Source: Octopus vulgaris
Lineage: Eukaryota
Reading direction: 5' to 3'
Length of the DNA: 64,000 nucleotides
NCBI GenBank assembly: GCA_951406725.2
Contig: OX597830.1
Location: 54,250,001 to 54,314,000 of the forward strand
Shown piece by piece: positions 1 through 13,718 of the stretch. How positions within the stretch are numbered: position 1 is the stretch's first letter; every line of letters starts with the position of its first letter. Under the pieces are notes generated by a model, which was not told where the DNA came from, did not search any database, and saw only the letters and a program-made list of their open reading frames with translations. The translations under genes and the position numbers were made by a program.

Positions 1-26
1 GCTCAGGAAAGAAGGGAAGAAAGAGG

Positions 27-61
27 GTTTGACGTTTCGAGCGGAGCTCTTCGTCGGAAAC
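27..61 (-). ncRNA. Minimal hammerhead-like motif (U4 to C variant)
   Basis: Minus strand: GUUU CCGACGA a GAGC ucc GCUC GAAAC GUC AAAC. Confidence 0.45.
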
Positions 62-967
62 AAAGGAGAAGGAAAGATCCCGAGACGGGAGGACAGAGGA
101 AAAAAGGAAAACAATCGCCGGTGGTATTCACGAGGTCACATACTAAAAGACGGAAGTGGTAAAAATGGAGGAAAATGTTTTTAAAAAACAAGAGAGCTAT
201 ATGAAAGAAGGAATGGTAAAGAAGGTGTGCGATGATGACAAGTGTGTGTGTGTGTGAGTGTGTGCGTGTGTGTGTGTGTGTGTATGGTGGACAATGGCTA
301 GTAGCAGGCAGTAGTAGAAATAAGGAGTGATGTGGGGGTACCCGAGCAAGTCAGAAGGCAGGTCAGAAACAGGGAGGTATGTGTGTGTGCATGTATATGT
401 ATCGTGTGTGTGTTTTGTTGTAGTATGTGTGTGTGTACATGTGCGTTTTTTTGTGTGTATGGCGAGTAACTGTGCTTAACTTAGTGTATGTGTGCGTGTG
501 TGCTTGTACGTGCGTGTGTGTGTGTACACATGTATGAATAATTGTGTGCGTGTATGTATGTGTGTGCGTGTATGTATGGTTGTGTGCCGTATGGGATGTA
601 TGTGTGGGTTCATTTGTGTGTGTGTGCGTGTGCGTGTGTATGTATGTGCGTGTAGTTGTATGTGCGTGTAGTTGTGTGTGCGTGTATGTGTGCGTTTGTA
701 TGTGTGTGTGTGTAAGCGTAAATGGATGTATATGCGTGTATCCGTGGGGTTGTGAGTTTTTTTCGCGCGTGTGCGTGTATTGTATATATATGTAAATGTG
801 TGTGTGTGTACGTGCGTGGGAGTGAATGTATGTATGTATGTGCGTGTGTGTACAAATGCAGGGGTTTATATGTGTGTTTATATGTTTATATGTGTGTATA
901 TATATGCATGCAAGGACACACTTCGCAACTGGAAAGATTGATGGAAAAGACTCTTGCGGTGCGGGCG

Positions 968-1118
<151 letters not shown>

Positions 1119-1206
1119 GGGGTATATATATTAAATTCGGGTGATCGGGGTGAGTACTGATAATTATAAGCACCTGTGTATACGTTTGGTGGTGTAGGTG
1201 GTGGAG

Positions 1207-2477
1207 TAAATTGATCAAAATAAAATAAAAACATGATGCGAAGGATTCAGCGGTACATATGTTTCGGGCCTTTATTAGACAGATTTATAACAATGCATAA
1301 TGTATGTCTGTGGCCTTCTTCAGCCGCGCACAACAGCTTCCACAAGGACATGTGTTACATCAAAAGTTCTTGGTTGGGGATGCAAATCCTCTTGTTTACG
1401 TACGACATAATGCGGCAGCAGCATAGAGTTGAAGCGTCCATCTCTTTCTTCTCTCAATGTAGAATGAGGAAAATTGGATGTTGAGGTAATGTAAATAAAT
1501 AAATACATATATAGAGGTGAAGATGGAGGGGCGAGAGTTCGGGACGAGGGATAAAAAATGTATAAAAAGTGTAAGTATAGAATAATATAAAAATGTAGAG
1601 GATAAAGGGTTGTAAGGAGATGTAAAGGGGGTATAAAGAAATATAAAGTAAAAATAGAAATAGAAATAAAAGTAAAAAAACCTGATAAAAACATGATAAA
1701 AGTGTAAAAGAATGTAAAGATAAGGGATGTATAGAGGTTATGGACCAAGCATGGTGGTCAGGAGATTGATAAAATTTAGTTGTAGAATTGTCAGTACATC
1801 AACAGTTTCGTCTGGGGACTTAATGCGTTGTAAATCAGAGTTGATGAGCATTTAATCTGGTTCCTTGAATTAAATGGACTTCTAGTACATACATATCATC
1901 ATGGATATATACACCCACATACACGCGTACATATACGCCTCCAAGCCTATAAGCATACACACGCACTCGCGTGTAAACACGTACATAAACACACACGCAC
2001 CCACACGCACGCCCGTACACACACATACATACAACAGAATATCCGCATATATACACGGACATTACGCGCGTACACGCTCACATGTATATACGCGCGCCCA
2101 TCACTACATACACACACGTATATGCCCACGCCTCTAGGTCCAGGTATAAGATATTAAAGGATGTGTATAAGAACGTATGTAAAGGATGTGTATAAGAACG
2201 TATGTAAAGAACGAATTTTCCTCATTCTACATTGAGAGAAGAAAGAGATGGACGCTTCAACTCTATGCTGCTGCCGCATTATGTCGTACGTGAACGAGAG
2301 GATTTGCATCCCCAACCAAGAACTTTTGATGTAACACATGTCCTTGTGGAAGCTGTTGTGCGCGGCTGAAGAAGGCCACAGACATACATTATGCATTGTT
2401 ATAAATCTGTCTAATAAAGGCCCGAAACATATGTACCGCTGAATCCTTCGCATCATGTTTTTATTTTATTTTGATCA

Positions 2478-2482
<5 letters not shown>
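1207..2482. repeat. Long inverted repeat (arms 1207-1475 and 2214-2482), Penelope pLTR-like
   Basis: The arms are near-perfect reverse complements: the same spurious [13 protein letters not shown] appears on both strands. Each arm holds a hammerhead motif. Confidence 0.85.
2362..2439 (+). ncRNA. Type I hammerhead-like motif (inverted copy at 1250-1327, minus strand)
   Basis: GCGG CUGAAGA aGGCC...GGCCc GAAAC AUAU GUA^ CCGC, with an A.C mismatch at the base of stem II. Confidence 0.65.
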
Positions 2483-2523
<41 letters not shown>

Positions 2524-2529
<6 letters not shown>

Positions 2530-2921
2530 GTAAATATAATATGTGACAATTATTCGGTAGCCATGATAAAACTTCGAGTTTCGGATGTCGGGGCGGAAAC
2601 CCACGCCCTCATCTCTTCAGTTATTGGGCCATTGAAAAAAATGCTAATTTCAACATTCTTTTTATGGCCTTTGATAGTTATAAAAGGCATCTTTTTTGGG
2701 GAGTACCTCTATTTTTTTAAATATCTAATTTAAGTCTGGCGGCGATATTGCTAGCTTCTTTATTAATTTCGTTATAGGTTTGTGACCTAGCCTTATAATT
2801 GATATCTTCTTTTGATCGCCCGATAACTGAAGAGATGCTGGCGTGGATTTCCGCCCCGACATCCGAAACTCGAAATTTTATCATGGCTACCTAATAATTG
2901 TCACATATTATATTTACAGAT
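2524..2921. repeat. Inverted repeat (arms of about 105 bp) with hammerhead motifs
   Basis: ATCTGTAAATATAATATGTGACAATTATT...CTCTTCAGTTAT is the reverse complement of ATAACTGAAGAG...AATAATTGTCACATATTATATTTACAGAT. Confidence 0.8.
2822..2882 (+). ncRNA. Type I hammerhead-like motif (inverted copy at 2565-2625, minus strand)
   Basis: GAUAA CUGAAGA GAUG...CAUC c GAAAC UCGAA (A/G)UU UUAUC. The minus-strand copy retains GUU. Confidence 0.55.
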
Positions 2922-2978
2922 AAATTCTTTTATTTACATAATATCGAGGTCTCTTTCATTTTTTGTTGTCTCGCCATT

Positions 2979-3075
<97 letters not shown>

Positions 3076-3129
3076 ATATATATATATATATAGATATATA
3101 AATTGAAATCCTCAACCATGAATCAATCT

Positions 3130-3640
3130 AGGAGGAATCTTGGAATATCACCCAATTAGTTCATATTTCTCTCTTAAGTATGACTGCAACCCATTTAATT
3201 GTCTTGCTATTGTAGTGGCTCCTTCAGAGGTTCGTGCAATTAATTTTTCACATTTCCACGTTTGGGAAGGGCATTTTCAAAAAAAAAAAAAAAAAAAAAA
3301 GAAAATGTCCAGATAGAGCATTTGCTGAATCCTCACCACTAACATTATTAAAACCGATAAATCATTCTTTAGGGGTGCAATCTTTTGTAACGCCTAACAG
3401 TTGACAGTTGTGAATAGTTCAATACGTCGGACGTTCCATTTACAAGAATGGTCACAAATTCAGCCTGATCGAGTTCATTTGAAAGTATTTGAAAGGACTG
3501 AAATTGTTACTATTTCTAGATTTAGTACTTTTTGACTAAGGTCTGGCCAGTCTTTAGCGACTGAGAATTGACTTCAGAATAGCTAGAGCAGTGTCTTCAA
3601 TAATCAAAGAAATGCTTGTCTTGCATTTGAAGGCTTTCTC
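3130..3640 (-). mobile_element. Degenerate hAT-family transposase remnant
   Basis: Minus-strand translation fragments FVTILVNGTSDV, GFNNVSGEDSANAL and KLIARTSEGATTIARQLNGLQ resemble the hAT S-ILVDETSD and LVAQTYDGA segments. Stops and frameshifts are present. Confidence 0.4.
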
Positions 3641-3651
3641 CAAAACAATAT

Positions 3652-3830
3652 AGGCGCAGGAGTGACTGTGTGGTAAGTAGTTTGCTTACCAACCTCATGG
3701 TTCCGGGTTCAGTCCCTTGGGCAAGAGTCTTTTACTATAGCCTCGGGCCAACCAAAGCCTTGTGAGTGGATTTGGTAGACAGAAACTGAAAAAAGCCCGT
3801 CTTATATATATATATATATATATATATAGG

Positions 3831-3861
<31 letters not shown>

Positions 3862-4060
3862 ATGTATGTATATATGTTTGTGTGTCTGTTTGTCTCCCCA
3901 ATATCGCTTGACAGCCGATGCTGATGTATTTACGTCCCCGTAACTTAGCGGTTCGGCAAAGTGACCGATGGAATAAGTACAAGGCTTACAAAGAATAAGT
4001 CCTGGGGGTCGATTTGCTCTGTCCGCTGTCAATTGTCTGAAACAAGTAAAAGAGTAAAAA
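3652..4060 (+). mobile_element. tRNA-derived SINE, family A (internal TA/TG microsatellite)
   Basis: Head with A/B-box-like GACTGTGTGGTAAG and GGGTTCAGTCCC, and a GTAAAAGA tail. Homologous copies at 4160-4570, 23428-23818 and 60455-60878. Confidence 0.85.
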
Positions 4061-4159
4061 TTTAAAATTGGATGATAAAGGATAGAAATGAAAGCGTTGC
4101 TGATATCAATGGTAACCAGCATGGTATGAGTGGGACATTTTTGTTGTAACCATCTTTTT

Positions 4160-4570
4160 TTTTATTCGTTTCAGTCATTAGATTGCGGCCATGCTGGGGC
4201 ATGTCCTTGGAAAATTTTTAGTTGAATGTATCAACCCCAGTTCTTATTTTTTTTAAATGCCTGGTACTTATGCTATCGGTCTCTTTTGCCGGACCGTTAA
4301 GTTACGGGGATGTAAACACACCAGCACCGGTTGTCAAGCGGTTTGGGGGAGGACAAACACAGACACAAAAACTCGCACACATACATACATATATATACAC
4401 ATATACGACAGGCTCCTTTCAGTTTTCGTCTACCAAATCCACTCACAAGGCTTTGGTCGGCTCGAGGCTATAGTAGAAGACAGTTTCTCAAGGTGCCACG
4501 CAGTGGGACTGAACCCCGAACCGTGTTGTTGGTAAGAAAGCATTTTATGACACAGCCACACTTGCGCTAT
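4160..4570 (-). mobile_element. tRNA-derived SINE, family A
   Basis: Reverse-complement homolog of 3652-4060, lying tail-to-tail with it. Confidence 0.8.
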
Positions 4571-4599
4571 CATATACCTTTTGCATTAATTTCGAGACA

Positions 4600-6400
4600 A
4601 GTGTAGTGGTTATATGTAGGGGTCTGAAACTTTGTTGTGATTTGAGTTAAAAGGGCTTGGTTATGGAAGGGATTAGCGTCTCTGAAAATTTTGAGATGAT
4701 ACAAAGGAAGGTGGTGGTTCTCTGAGATATTATTTAACTGAGATTTATTTTGGCGTTTTGGAGTTTTAATGTTTGTTGCTGTCTTTCAAATCCTGATTCT
4801 GAAAATTTATCATTAAATGAGTAATTATAGATTTAGGCATATGCTTGTGATTTTGCCTGGTTCTGTGGCTATCAAATTTCAGATTTCCTTATTAATTTTG
4901 GTGTGTTGGACGGGAAAAAGTGGTCAAAACAATGGTGTATGTGGATGGCGTGTATGTTTTATTTTGTGGTCCTGTTTACTCAGGGTCCTTTTTTTCCTTT
5001 TGGCGATTGATTTTCATGAAATGCTTGATAAGAGTGTTTTCTTGGTATTGGAATGTTGCATTGTTATCTAAGGCTATTATGACAAGTTTTGTGGTGTGGT
5101 CATTATTGATATTGATAATTACCCTATACAGTGTTTATAGTTCTTTATGTTGGATACAAACGTTTTAGAGATCTTTTTGGGGTTGTTTTATGATTTATAT
5201 TCTTGTTTATTTGATGCTGAGTTTATTTCCTTTTTGTGTGACTTTATGTTGTTGTCTTTTGTTGGCCCTTCTCTACGGTTTTATGAGGTTTGCTGTTTCT
5301 GATGTGTAATGAGGGCTGTAAATTTTTATATAAGGGCTGTATATTTTTATATTATCCTATAGGATATGTTTTCCACTGAGTCTATAATTATTTTAGTGAA
5401 TGTATGTACTATAATGTCAATGTCAGTGATTGTGGTGTTGTTTAATGTATGTACTGCAATGTCTTTGTTGGTGGTTGTGATGTAAAATATATGTACCGTG
5501 GTATCTATGCTGGTAATTGCTTTGTTGAATGTTTTGTAGTAAACACACTACACAACCTATGTTGATGACAGTGGTGTTGTTGAATGCATTTACTGTAGTG
5601 TTTATGTTGTTGATTGTGATGTTGTTACATTCTGAAAACTTTGAGTCTGTTTCCGGTAGAACTTATTCCATTTGACATCCTTAATTTTGTAAAAGTGTTG
5701 CTGCTTTGTTCTTTGACGCGTGAAAGCATTGTGCTGATAGATAGCTGGTGTTTGGCTAAGGTGCTTCCAAAGAGATTGGCACTTGCCATGAATACTCTTG
5801 TGAAGTTCACACAAACCTCTTCTACTTCAGTGAATTCTATCCACGCTAACCAGCTTTTGTGATACCTCAAAGATAGGATTTCTGGCGCTGTATTGATCAA
5901 CTTGGACCAGTTTAATTCATTTGATGGGGTCATCTATGAATACTTGGTAGTTGTGCGATGCCCAACTGGGTTTGGTCCAATATTCTATAGGTGATCTAGT
6001 GGCATCGGCCGTTGATGGTGGCAAACAGTCATCTATTGGAACTGTATGATATCACATGCTCATACTTTCAAAGGTATTCTCTCTCATCATTTTGTTTGTT
6101 GAGCCATTGCTGTAGAAGCAGGAGGTGTTGATAGGTAACTTGTTCGAACTGGAACAAATCTTGTCAGTATGCATGTATGGCAACACTGGAAGTCGAAGTG
6201 ATTGATACCATATTGAAAGAAGAGGAGAAGCTTATAGGAAACAGATCGACGAAGAAAAGTAGTGGTGTTGGAGTCTAGCAGCCTGACAGGAAACTTCACG
6301 TTGGCCGTCGGCGAAGGCATCGAGTATTGTCGGGCTGGTGAACTGGTTCAAGTGCTTAGAATTTGGTTTGGTTCAGATCTCCGTGTGGATAGGAACTGGA
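4600..6400 (-). mobile_element. Highly degenerate LINE-like ORF remnant
   Basis: Long non-microsatellite stretch with strand-biased composition and broken minus-strand ORFs (ELNWSKLIN..., KPGKIT). No diagnostic motif was recognised with certainty. Confidence 0.3.
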
Positions 6401-7696
6401 ATGATAGTTACCCAGAAATGGATTAAAAGCATCTTCGGAAAGATTAATTGCGAACGTACTAGTCAGCTATATGCTTCATTATCTTTTGATCGTCGTGTCT
6501 AACTCTAACTGCATCCAACCAGAAAGGAGTATCTGCTTTTTAACTTCTTGTGGAATGAGTAAATTCTGCTGCTTAGAACATTTATCTGTTGCCAATATAA
6601 CACTTTACACAGCATTCAATATGCTATGCTATGGCTAATGACTCGCAGTACATGCAGAGGCGGTAATATCGAGAGATTCCTAGACAGTAAATAAGAGCGA
6701 TCACAGTTTGTTGGGCACGGCTTTTAATAGACCGTTTCTTTTTCGTTGGATTGGTCTTGGGGAAGGAGCTGTGCACATGGCACTTACAGGTCTTCAGAGC
6801 CAGATGAAGTGAATGCCTTCCAACAGTTGCAGTAGAAAAGGTAAAGAGAGAAGCGGTGATGTGTCAGCAGGCCAGATTGGAGTGTCTTTCATGGGATGCG
6901 GTCTAAGGTGCCCTGTGTATATACCAATAACACTAACTTAAATATGAGGCTAGTAATATATTGCAGGTCTGGAATGTGTGTCTGTGTGTGTGTGTATGTG
7001 CGTGTATGTGTGGTTGCAATACTATCCTAGATGTGGGAACATTAATCCATTGTAGATGGTGCCTGGGTTTTGTAGTGTATTAGTTAATGTTAGGGGTTGG
7101 CGGGGGGGGGGACAGAAGTATTTTGTGGTTTTCAAGAGGAAGACCAAAGTTGTGATGTCGCGTTTGTTATATTAAGCGAATACATCCCTTGAATTGATTG
7201 TAAAGGTTTCTAGTGACGTGCTGTCAATGTGTAGCAGTTGTGGGATGGATGGAGGTGGGTGTGTTGTAAGATTTTCTTTATATGTGCAGTGATTGTATTT
7301 TCTGTTGTTAAAGGAGATAACAATGGTATGACCCTACTAGAGGGCGTTTTTGAGGTTCCTATTCATAGAGTTAGGGCAAATTCAGTCGTTAGTCAGTGCG
7401 TGGAAAGACATCTCATGTTGTGCAAATTTTTCCTGAAACCAAAGTATGTGTACCGAATATATAATGGTATTTGATTTTGGCTAAAATGAGCAATTCTGAA
7501 GAGAGAGAGGGTTAGTTAATACCATCAACCCAGTATTTAAGTGGTGCTTTATTTTATTAAAACAGAAAGGATGAAAGGGAAAATAGACCTTGGTGCGATT
7601 TGAAGAAATGCTGCCCCACCCCGCCAAAGAAAAAAAAAAGAAAAGAAAAAATCCGGACGTTATAATGATTCTGTCAGTTCACCGGATTGTATCAAA

Positions 7697-8051
7697 TCTC
7701 TCTCTATATAAAGCTGAAGTTGTCTGTGTATTGCAGGTTTGGTAGCCTTCAACTAACACTATCTTCTCCGAGACCCTAGGTTTGCTCTTCCTTCCGTAGA
7801 AGAAAAAATTAAAATCGGACCATGTTAATGCCAAAAAACTATTTACATCAAAAAGGTGCTTTTTTTCTAAGAAAATCCCTATTTTTTTACGATTTTGTGA
7901 CTGCTGTGTCGCCATTTTTCGGTGTATTTCAACCAGAAAAATGTTCACTTAAAGAGAATAACAAGCCACATAATGCAAAACTTTTACTTTTCAAAAATTC
8001 CAATTCTAAAGGGTCAAAACAAACCCGAGCAACGCCGAGTGATACTGCTAG
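7697..8051 (+). mobile_element. Non-autonomous Helitron
   Basis: Starts with TC (TCTCTCTCTATATAAAGCTG), ends with a hairpin-like CCCGAGCAACGCCGAG followed by CTAG, and sits between A and T. A second copy lies at 59186-59556. Confidence 0.75.
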
Positions 8052-8639
8052 TTTGTTATAAATATAATTACTAATTACTATATTATTTTCAGAAATTACT
8101 GTTTTTTTTTTTTTTTGTGTACACATTAAATTCTGAATGCTGGTTGCAACACCTGCACGAGGTATGCGTGCGCACAGCTTAGTAGGGAACAGTGGTATCG
8201 TGTTTGCATCTGTTTAGATATATATAGGGATAATTTGTGAGCAAATATTGAGTGATGGGGCAACTTGAAAAACAGTGTTGAGGGAGTATCCAAGATCACC
8301 GCATGAAAACCAGTTAATAAGGTCAGTACTAATGTAATTTGTAGGTTTGTATGATCACCCACAGATGGATACTTCTGGACAAATAACTGACTCGGTTATC
8401 TTACAATAACAGTGGAGATCATCGTCTAAATTACAGGTTTGTAATGCGTAATGTCCTTCTCGCAACTCATCAGCTGTCCATGTTGCCCCTAATTCTTTGA
8501 AAGTGCTTGGTAAGTTATATTTTGCCTTTTATTAGTAATATGTAATATCCTTATGTGAAAGGATGTGGCCTAGTTGTTGGGCTGGAGGACTTGCGGTTGG
8601 AAGGTCGTGTTCGATACCTGGACTGAGCAATACATTGCG

Positions 8640-9096
8640 CGACGAGCTGGCAGAATCGTTAGCACGCCGGGTGAAATGCTAAGCGGTATTTCGTCTGCCG
8701 TTACGTCCTGAGTTCAAATTCCGCCGAGGTCGACTTTCCCTTTCATCCTTTCGGGGTCGATTAAATAAGTACCAGTTACGCACTGGGGTCTATATAATCG
8801 ACTTAATCCGTTTGTCTCTCCTTGTTTGTCCCCTCTGTGTTTAGCCCCTTATGGGTAGTAAAGAAATGGGTATTTCGTCTGCCGCTACGTTCTGAGTTTA
8901 AATTCCGCTGAGGTCGACTTTTCCTTTCATCCTTTCGGGGTCGATTAAATAAGTACCAGTTACGCACTGGGGGTCTCTATAATCGACTTAATCCGTTTGT
9001 CTGTCCTTGTTTGTCCCCTCTGTGTTTAGCCCCTTATGGGTAGTAATGAAATAGGTATTTCGTCTGTCTTTATGTTCTGAGTTCAAATTCCGCCGA
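8640..9096 (+). mobile_element. SINE family B with internal tandem units of about 184 bp
   Basis: Head GAGCTGGCAGAATCGTTAGC and B-box-like GAGTTCAAATTCC. The unit GGTATTTCGTCTG...AAAGAAAT is repeated. Confidence 0.85.
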
Positions 9097-9590
<494 letters not shown>

Positions 9591-9793
9591 ATGTATGCGT
9601 TTGTGTGCGTATATGTCTGTATGTGTGTGGTGTGTGTGTCTACATATACACACACACACATATAGAATACGTTTGAGAATACAAACGAAAGAAAAAGTAC
9701 CCAATATGTGTTGTAGAATTTATTTATTTCTTCGAAGCAGATGATTTCTTCCGTCGTTACTTTCGCTTGTGTACGTTCATCCGGGCATTCACG

Positions 9794-9852
<59 letters not shown>

Positions 9853-9867
9853 TATATGTATATATAC

Positions 9868-9946
<79 letters not shown>

Positions 9947-10212
9947 TGTATATATAGATAGATAGATGCACACACATACACACACACACATAAACTCGAC
10001 AAGAAAGAACTATAAACTTTAGAGCACAACATAGTACAATATATTTAACTCCGAAAATTCGACTTCAATGCACAACCATGTATAATGTTGCATATAGCAT
10101 GGAACTGATTAAAACAGATGCAGAGAGTATCATATACATATATATAAAAGTATAAGTATAAAATATACATATGTAAATATATACATATATGTATGTATGT
10201 ATGTAAGTACAT

Positions 10213-10484
10213 ATTCGTGAATTAAGGCTACCATTGGTTTCATGTTAAGAAAAATATCTTAATATGCCAACAATTTTTCTAGCCGATCACATGGAGTAAT
10301 AATTTGTTTTGGATGAAAACACAAAAAATGTCGGGAATTTACAAAAAAGAGATTTTTCCCACGATATTTCGTTTCGTGTTTTCATCCAAATTCTATTTTG
10401 GATGTGATCGATTTGAAAAAGTTGTTAAGATATTAAGATATTTCTTTTTAACATGAAACCAATGGTAGCCCTAATACACAAATA
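10213..10484. repeat. Imperfect inverted repeat (arms of about 110 bp) between microsatellites, 3' of paralog 1
   Basis: GGCTACCATTGGTTTCATGTTAA...TTTGGATGAAAACAC is the reverse complement of GTGTTTTCATCCAAA...TTAACATGAAACCAATGGTAGCC. Confidence 0.75.
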
Positions 10485-10572
10485 AAGAAATTTTATCCGG
10501 CAATGCAGTGTTGAACTCTTATTCTCATTGTTCGATGTTTACATGTATTGTATATGTATGTATGTATGCATG

Positions 10573-10630
<58 letters not shown>

Positions 10631-10647
10631 CATACATACATACATAC

Positions 10648-10679
<32 letters not shown>

Positions 10680-10684
10680 GTATA

Positions 10685-10735
<51 letters not shown>

Positions 10736-10861
10736 ATTTTACACAAGCTCTTAAATATATCAACCAAAAAGTATTTGATGGCTTATGAGACTGTAAAAAA
10801 GTAAAAAAAAAAAAAACAAGAAATAAACTAAATGAAAAGCAAATGTAAGATGCAACTATTT

Positions 10862-11797
10862 TCAGTCAATTTCGGTGGTTAATTCGTTCACGGTTTGGTT
10901 TTCCGGTGTTGAGCGCTTTCCGGTAAATAGTTTCCATATACTCTGTCGTATGGCGCCGTCACAGAGCCAAGCGAACGGTATCAATAACGATCCTATGAAA
11001 TGAACAATAGAAGACGTTTTTGCCATACTGTTGTTGTTGCCGTTGGAGTCAATGAAAGCTAACATTGTGATGGTGGACGACATAGATATTACGTGTACTA
11101 CAATTAGAAGAACACTGATTACCGCCACCGCGCCCATCACGTTGAATGATTTCCAAGGTTTCTCTTCGTTTCTGATAGCAATATACAATAGCAAACTGAG
11201 GCAGACGACAACAGCACAAAGGAATAATATCGTACAAATTAGCTGACTATATATTATAACGTCTGACAGCATAACAATACAGAAAGGGATCTCGTTTTCT
11301 GGTTGGCTAGAAGAGAGAGCAATCTCTTTAAGAAATATTACACCCCATATACCGCCAATTAAAATTAACTGAAAATAAATGAATTTCCGTTTTTGATGTT
11401 GATTGGGTATGAAATGTTGCACTATGAAATCGATACAGAGCGGAAATATGAAATATTTTGTCCCATCTTCCAGCACGAGGTATAAAAATATGATAAAAGC
11501 ACAACTACTGCGTGGCATGTCTGGATACATATGGATATGCACCGTATAGAAGTAGTAAAACAAAGCAAAAAACGCATAGTTGAGTATATAGTTTAAGGAA
11601 GCCAGGCATTTTGCTTTTCTGTAAGAGCAACGATCTTGAACAATGACAAACAGTAGGAATCCATTGAACAGGAACATGACGATGGCAGAAATTAAAGAAG
11701 CCAAAAACATCCCGGAGAGTGTTACTGGATGTGGTTCCATGTCCGTAAAATTCATATCTCCGTATTCATAATCGTTAGGGATATGAGTGTCCTCCAT
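10862..11797 (-). CDS. Orphan 7-TM class A-like GPCR, paralog 1 (311 aa, single coding exon)
   Basis: Intact ORF with seven hydrophobic segments. Motifs shared with the other four ORFs: LFNGFL..DR, LNY.L, C at top of TM3, [30 protein letters not shown]. The ORF-track start at 11821 is a TTG; the first ATG (MEDTH, matching the ME starts of the paralogs) is at 11797. Confidence 0.9.
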   Translation of the reverse strand: MEDTHIPNDYEYGDMNFTDMEPHPVTLSGMFLASLISAIVMFLFNGFLLFVIVQDRCSYRKAKCLASLNYILNYAFFALFYYFYTVHIHMYPDMPRSSCAFIIFLYLVLEDGTKYFIFPLCIDFIVQHFIPNQHQKRKFIYFQLILIGGIWGVIFLKEIALSSSQPENEIPFCIVMLSDVIIYSQLICTILFLCAVVVCLSLLLYIAIRNEEKPWKSFNVMGAVAVISVLLIVVHVISMSSTITMLAFIDSNGNNNSMAKTSSIVHFIGSLLIPFAWLCDGAIRQSIWKLFTGKRSTPENQTVNELTTEID

Positions 11798-11822
11798 TGT
11801 GGCTGATGTGAAAATCTGCAAT

Positions 11823-11842
11823 CTGAAACGAAATTAGAAGAC
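11823..11842 (-). promoter_or_regulatory. Putative 3' splice acceptor of a 5'-UTR intron (paralog 1)
   Basis: Minus strand reads tcttctaatttcgtttcAG, 25 nt before the ATG. An equivalent tttcAG precedes all five paralogs. Confidence 0.65.
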
Positions 11843-12021
11843 CGATTAATCGATGTCAGCTTTTTTTTTTTTTTTTTAAAGAACAAGGTAACACATTTTG
11901 AGCAAAAGAAAAGAAGGGGACAAGATATAACAACTGCTCTCAACCTCAGTGCTTGGTATTTGACTGCTACTTATTTTATAACTCATACATACATACATAC
12001 ATACATACATACATACATACA

Positions 12022-12660
12022 TTATTATGGCTGTCCCCTCGTTATCGAGTATGGCCATTGCATGAAGCTTAACTGTTACTAGTGCTGTGATAGAATGTGA
12101 CTTTTTAGCCAGCTAAAGATCTACAATGTCTTGTACAAAATTGGCAACTAAGACCTTTACTGGTAATAGCCGGCTGTAGTTGTAACTGGGCTTCATGTAC
12201 CTTTGCATGTCGTTTAAGTCCTCCTGCCGAATTACACTCTCGTCCACATGCCCGACAGATATGATTAGTATGGTGTGTTACACCACCACCAGTGGCCAGG
12301 TTGTCACTCATCTGTCTCGTTTTATGACTACGAAGATGACTCATGAGTCCAGCTTTACTGAGGCAGGGTCTTGCACAGACATTGCATGTCAGAATCAAAG
12401 GAAGACCCTTCCCTTCTGGAAGTGTAACAGCGATGCCCTTCCTGACATCACTCCTTACTTTCTCATGTGCAACTCGAGAATTCTCAAACGTGGCTGTCCC
12501 CTCATGCACAATCCTTCTCCACCTGCTACGATCAATAGCTATGCCTTCCCATGTGTCTGGAGAGATGCAAGTATCTCTTAAGGAAGCCTTCAGCAAGTCC
12601 TTATACCTCTTTTTTGGTTTATGTGGAGGTCGTTCTCCTTTAGCTAACTCTCCATAAAAC
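12022..12660 (-). mobile_element. 5'-truncated RTE-clade LINE 3' end with three C2H2-like zinc knuckles
   Basis: FYGELAKGERPPHKPKKRYKDLLKASL...WEGIAIDRSRWRRIVHEG is the typical RTE C-terminus. It is followed by CNVC..HLRSH, CRAC..HAKVH and CQFC. Confidence 0.8.
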
Positions 12661-12711
12661 TCTACATACATACATACATACATACATACATACATACATA
12701 CATACATACAT

Positions 12712-12748
<37 letters not shown>

Positions 12749-12784
12749 GATACATACATACATACATACATACATGCTTACACG

Positions 12785-12821
<37 letters not shown>

Positions 12822-12869
12822 GCACACACTAGCAATGCATCCCGGTCTTGCCCGGCTGTTAATTACCTA

Positions 12870-13175
12870 CAGCGACATTACATTATTTGTACCTTTCTTA
12901 TGGGCAGAACGATCTAGGGATCGTTTGAATGGTGTGAAGTCACTTTCCTCCTTTATGTGTGTCTGGCACAATGTTGAAGAGAGCAGGGCCAATTGAGGTG
13001 AAATAGTTCTGTCATAGTGTTGTGATACGACACGAACATTTCTGTAGTGGACAGACTGCACGGGGGCCAAGCCTCGGACGAATTTTAAAGATGGGCAATG
13101 TTGATGGAATATTCTCCACATCATACAGATGAGCTTTTTGAGTCGATCCCAATAGTCAAGGCTTGTCATGTCATC
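12870..13175 (-). mobile_element. CR1-group LINE 3' fragment (adjacent to a Helitron-like CTAG end at 12829)
   Basis: MTSLDYWDRLKKL...ICMMWRIFHQHCP is homologous to 63026-63619. Confidence 0.65.
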
Positions 13176-13183
13176 CTCTGCAA

Positions 13184-13575
13184 ACCTCCGCCAAGCAACT
13201 CATTTTAAGATAGATACGCAAGTAAAATTACTAACAGAGAAACGAAAATAAACTTTGGAAACAGCAACGCCACCATAGGTTACATGGAAACGATGAACGT
13301 GTTTTTAGGGGAGATAATCAAAGAACGTGACATTGTAATACTTCATGTAAAGTAAATATACCAAATGAAAAATCCTTCAAGAATCCATAAAAATTCCCAG
13401 ATCACTACCAAAATTCCACCATCTGTTCCTTGTGTCATTACGAACTTTTTCTGCAAGTTTCATCGAATACCATTCAACTTTTTGAGTTATTTTGCATACA
13501 GACGGACAGACAGAGGGTCAGACGGACAAACCAACGTCGGTGAAGACATGACCTCCTTCCTTGGCGGAGGTAAAA
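13184..13575 (+). mobile_element. Helentron-associated (HINE/DINE-1-like) non-autonomous element
   Basis: Subterminal inverted repeats ACCTCCGCCAAG and CTTGGCGGAGGT, an internal GACA/GACG microsatellite, and a 3' hairpin ACCTCC..GGAGGT. Confidence 0.6.
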
Positions 13576-13654
13576 AAAGGTAATTTCAATTGGATTTGAA
13601 CTGTAATTTTGTGCGTGCAGACCGCAAGATATGACATAATTCGTAGTTTTACCT

Positions 13655-13718
<64 letters not shown>

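Noticed and set aside
11798-11821. N-terminal extension MQIFTSAT of paralog 1 given by the ORF track
   Set aside because: It starts at a TTG just inside the splice acceptor. The ATG at 11797 matches the ME starts of all paralogs.
12105-12827. Host C2H2 zinc-finger gene
   Set aside because: The fingers are in frame with an RTE LINE C-terminus, and the ORF start is microsatellite.
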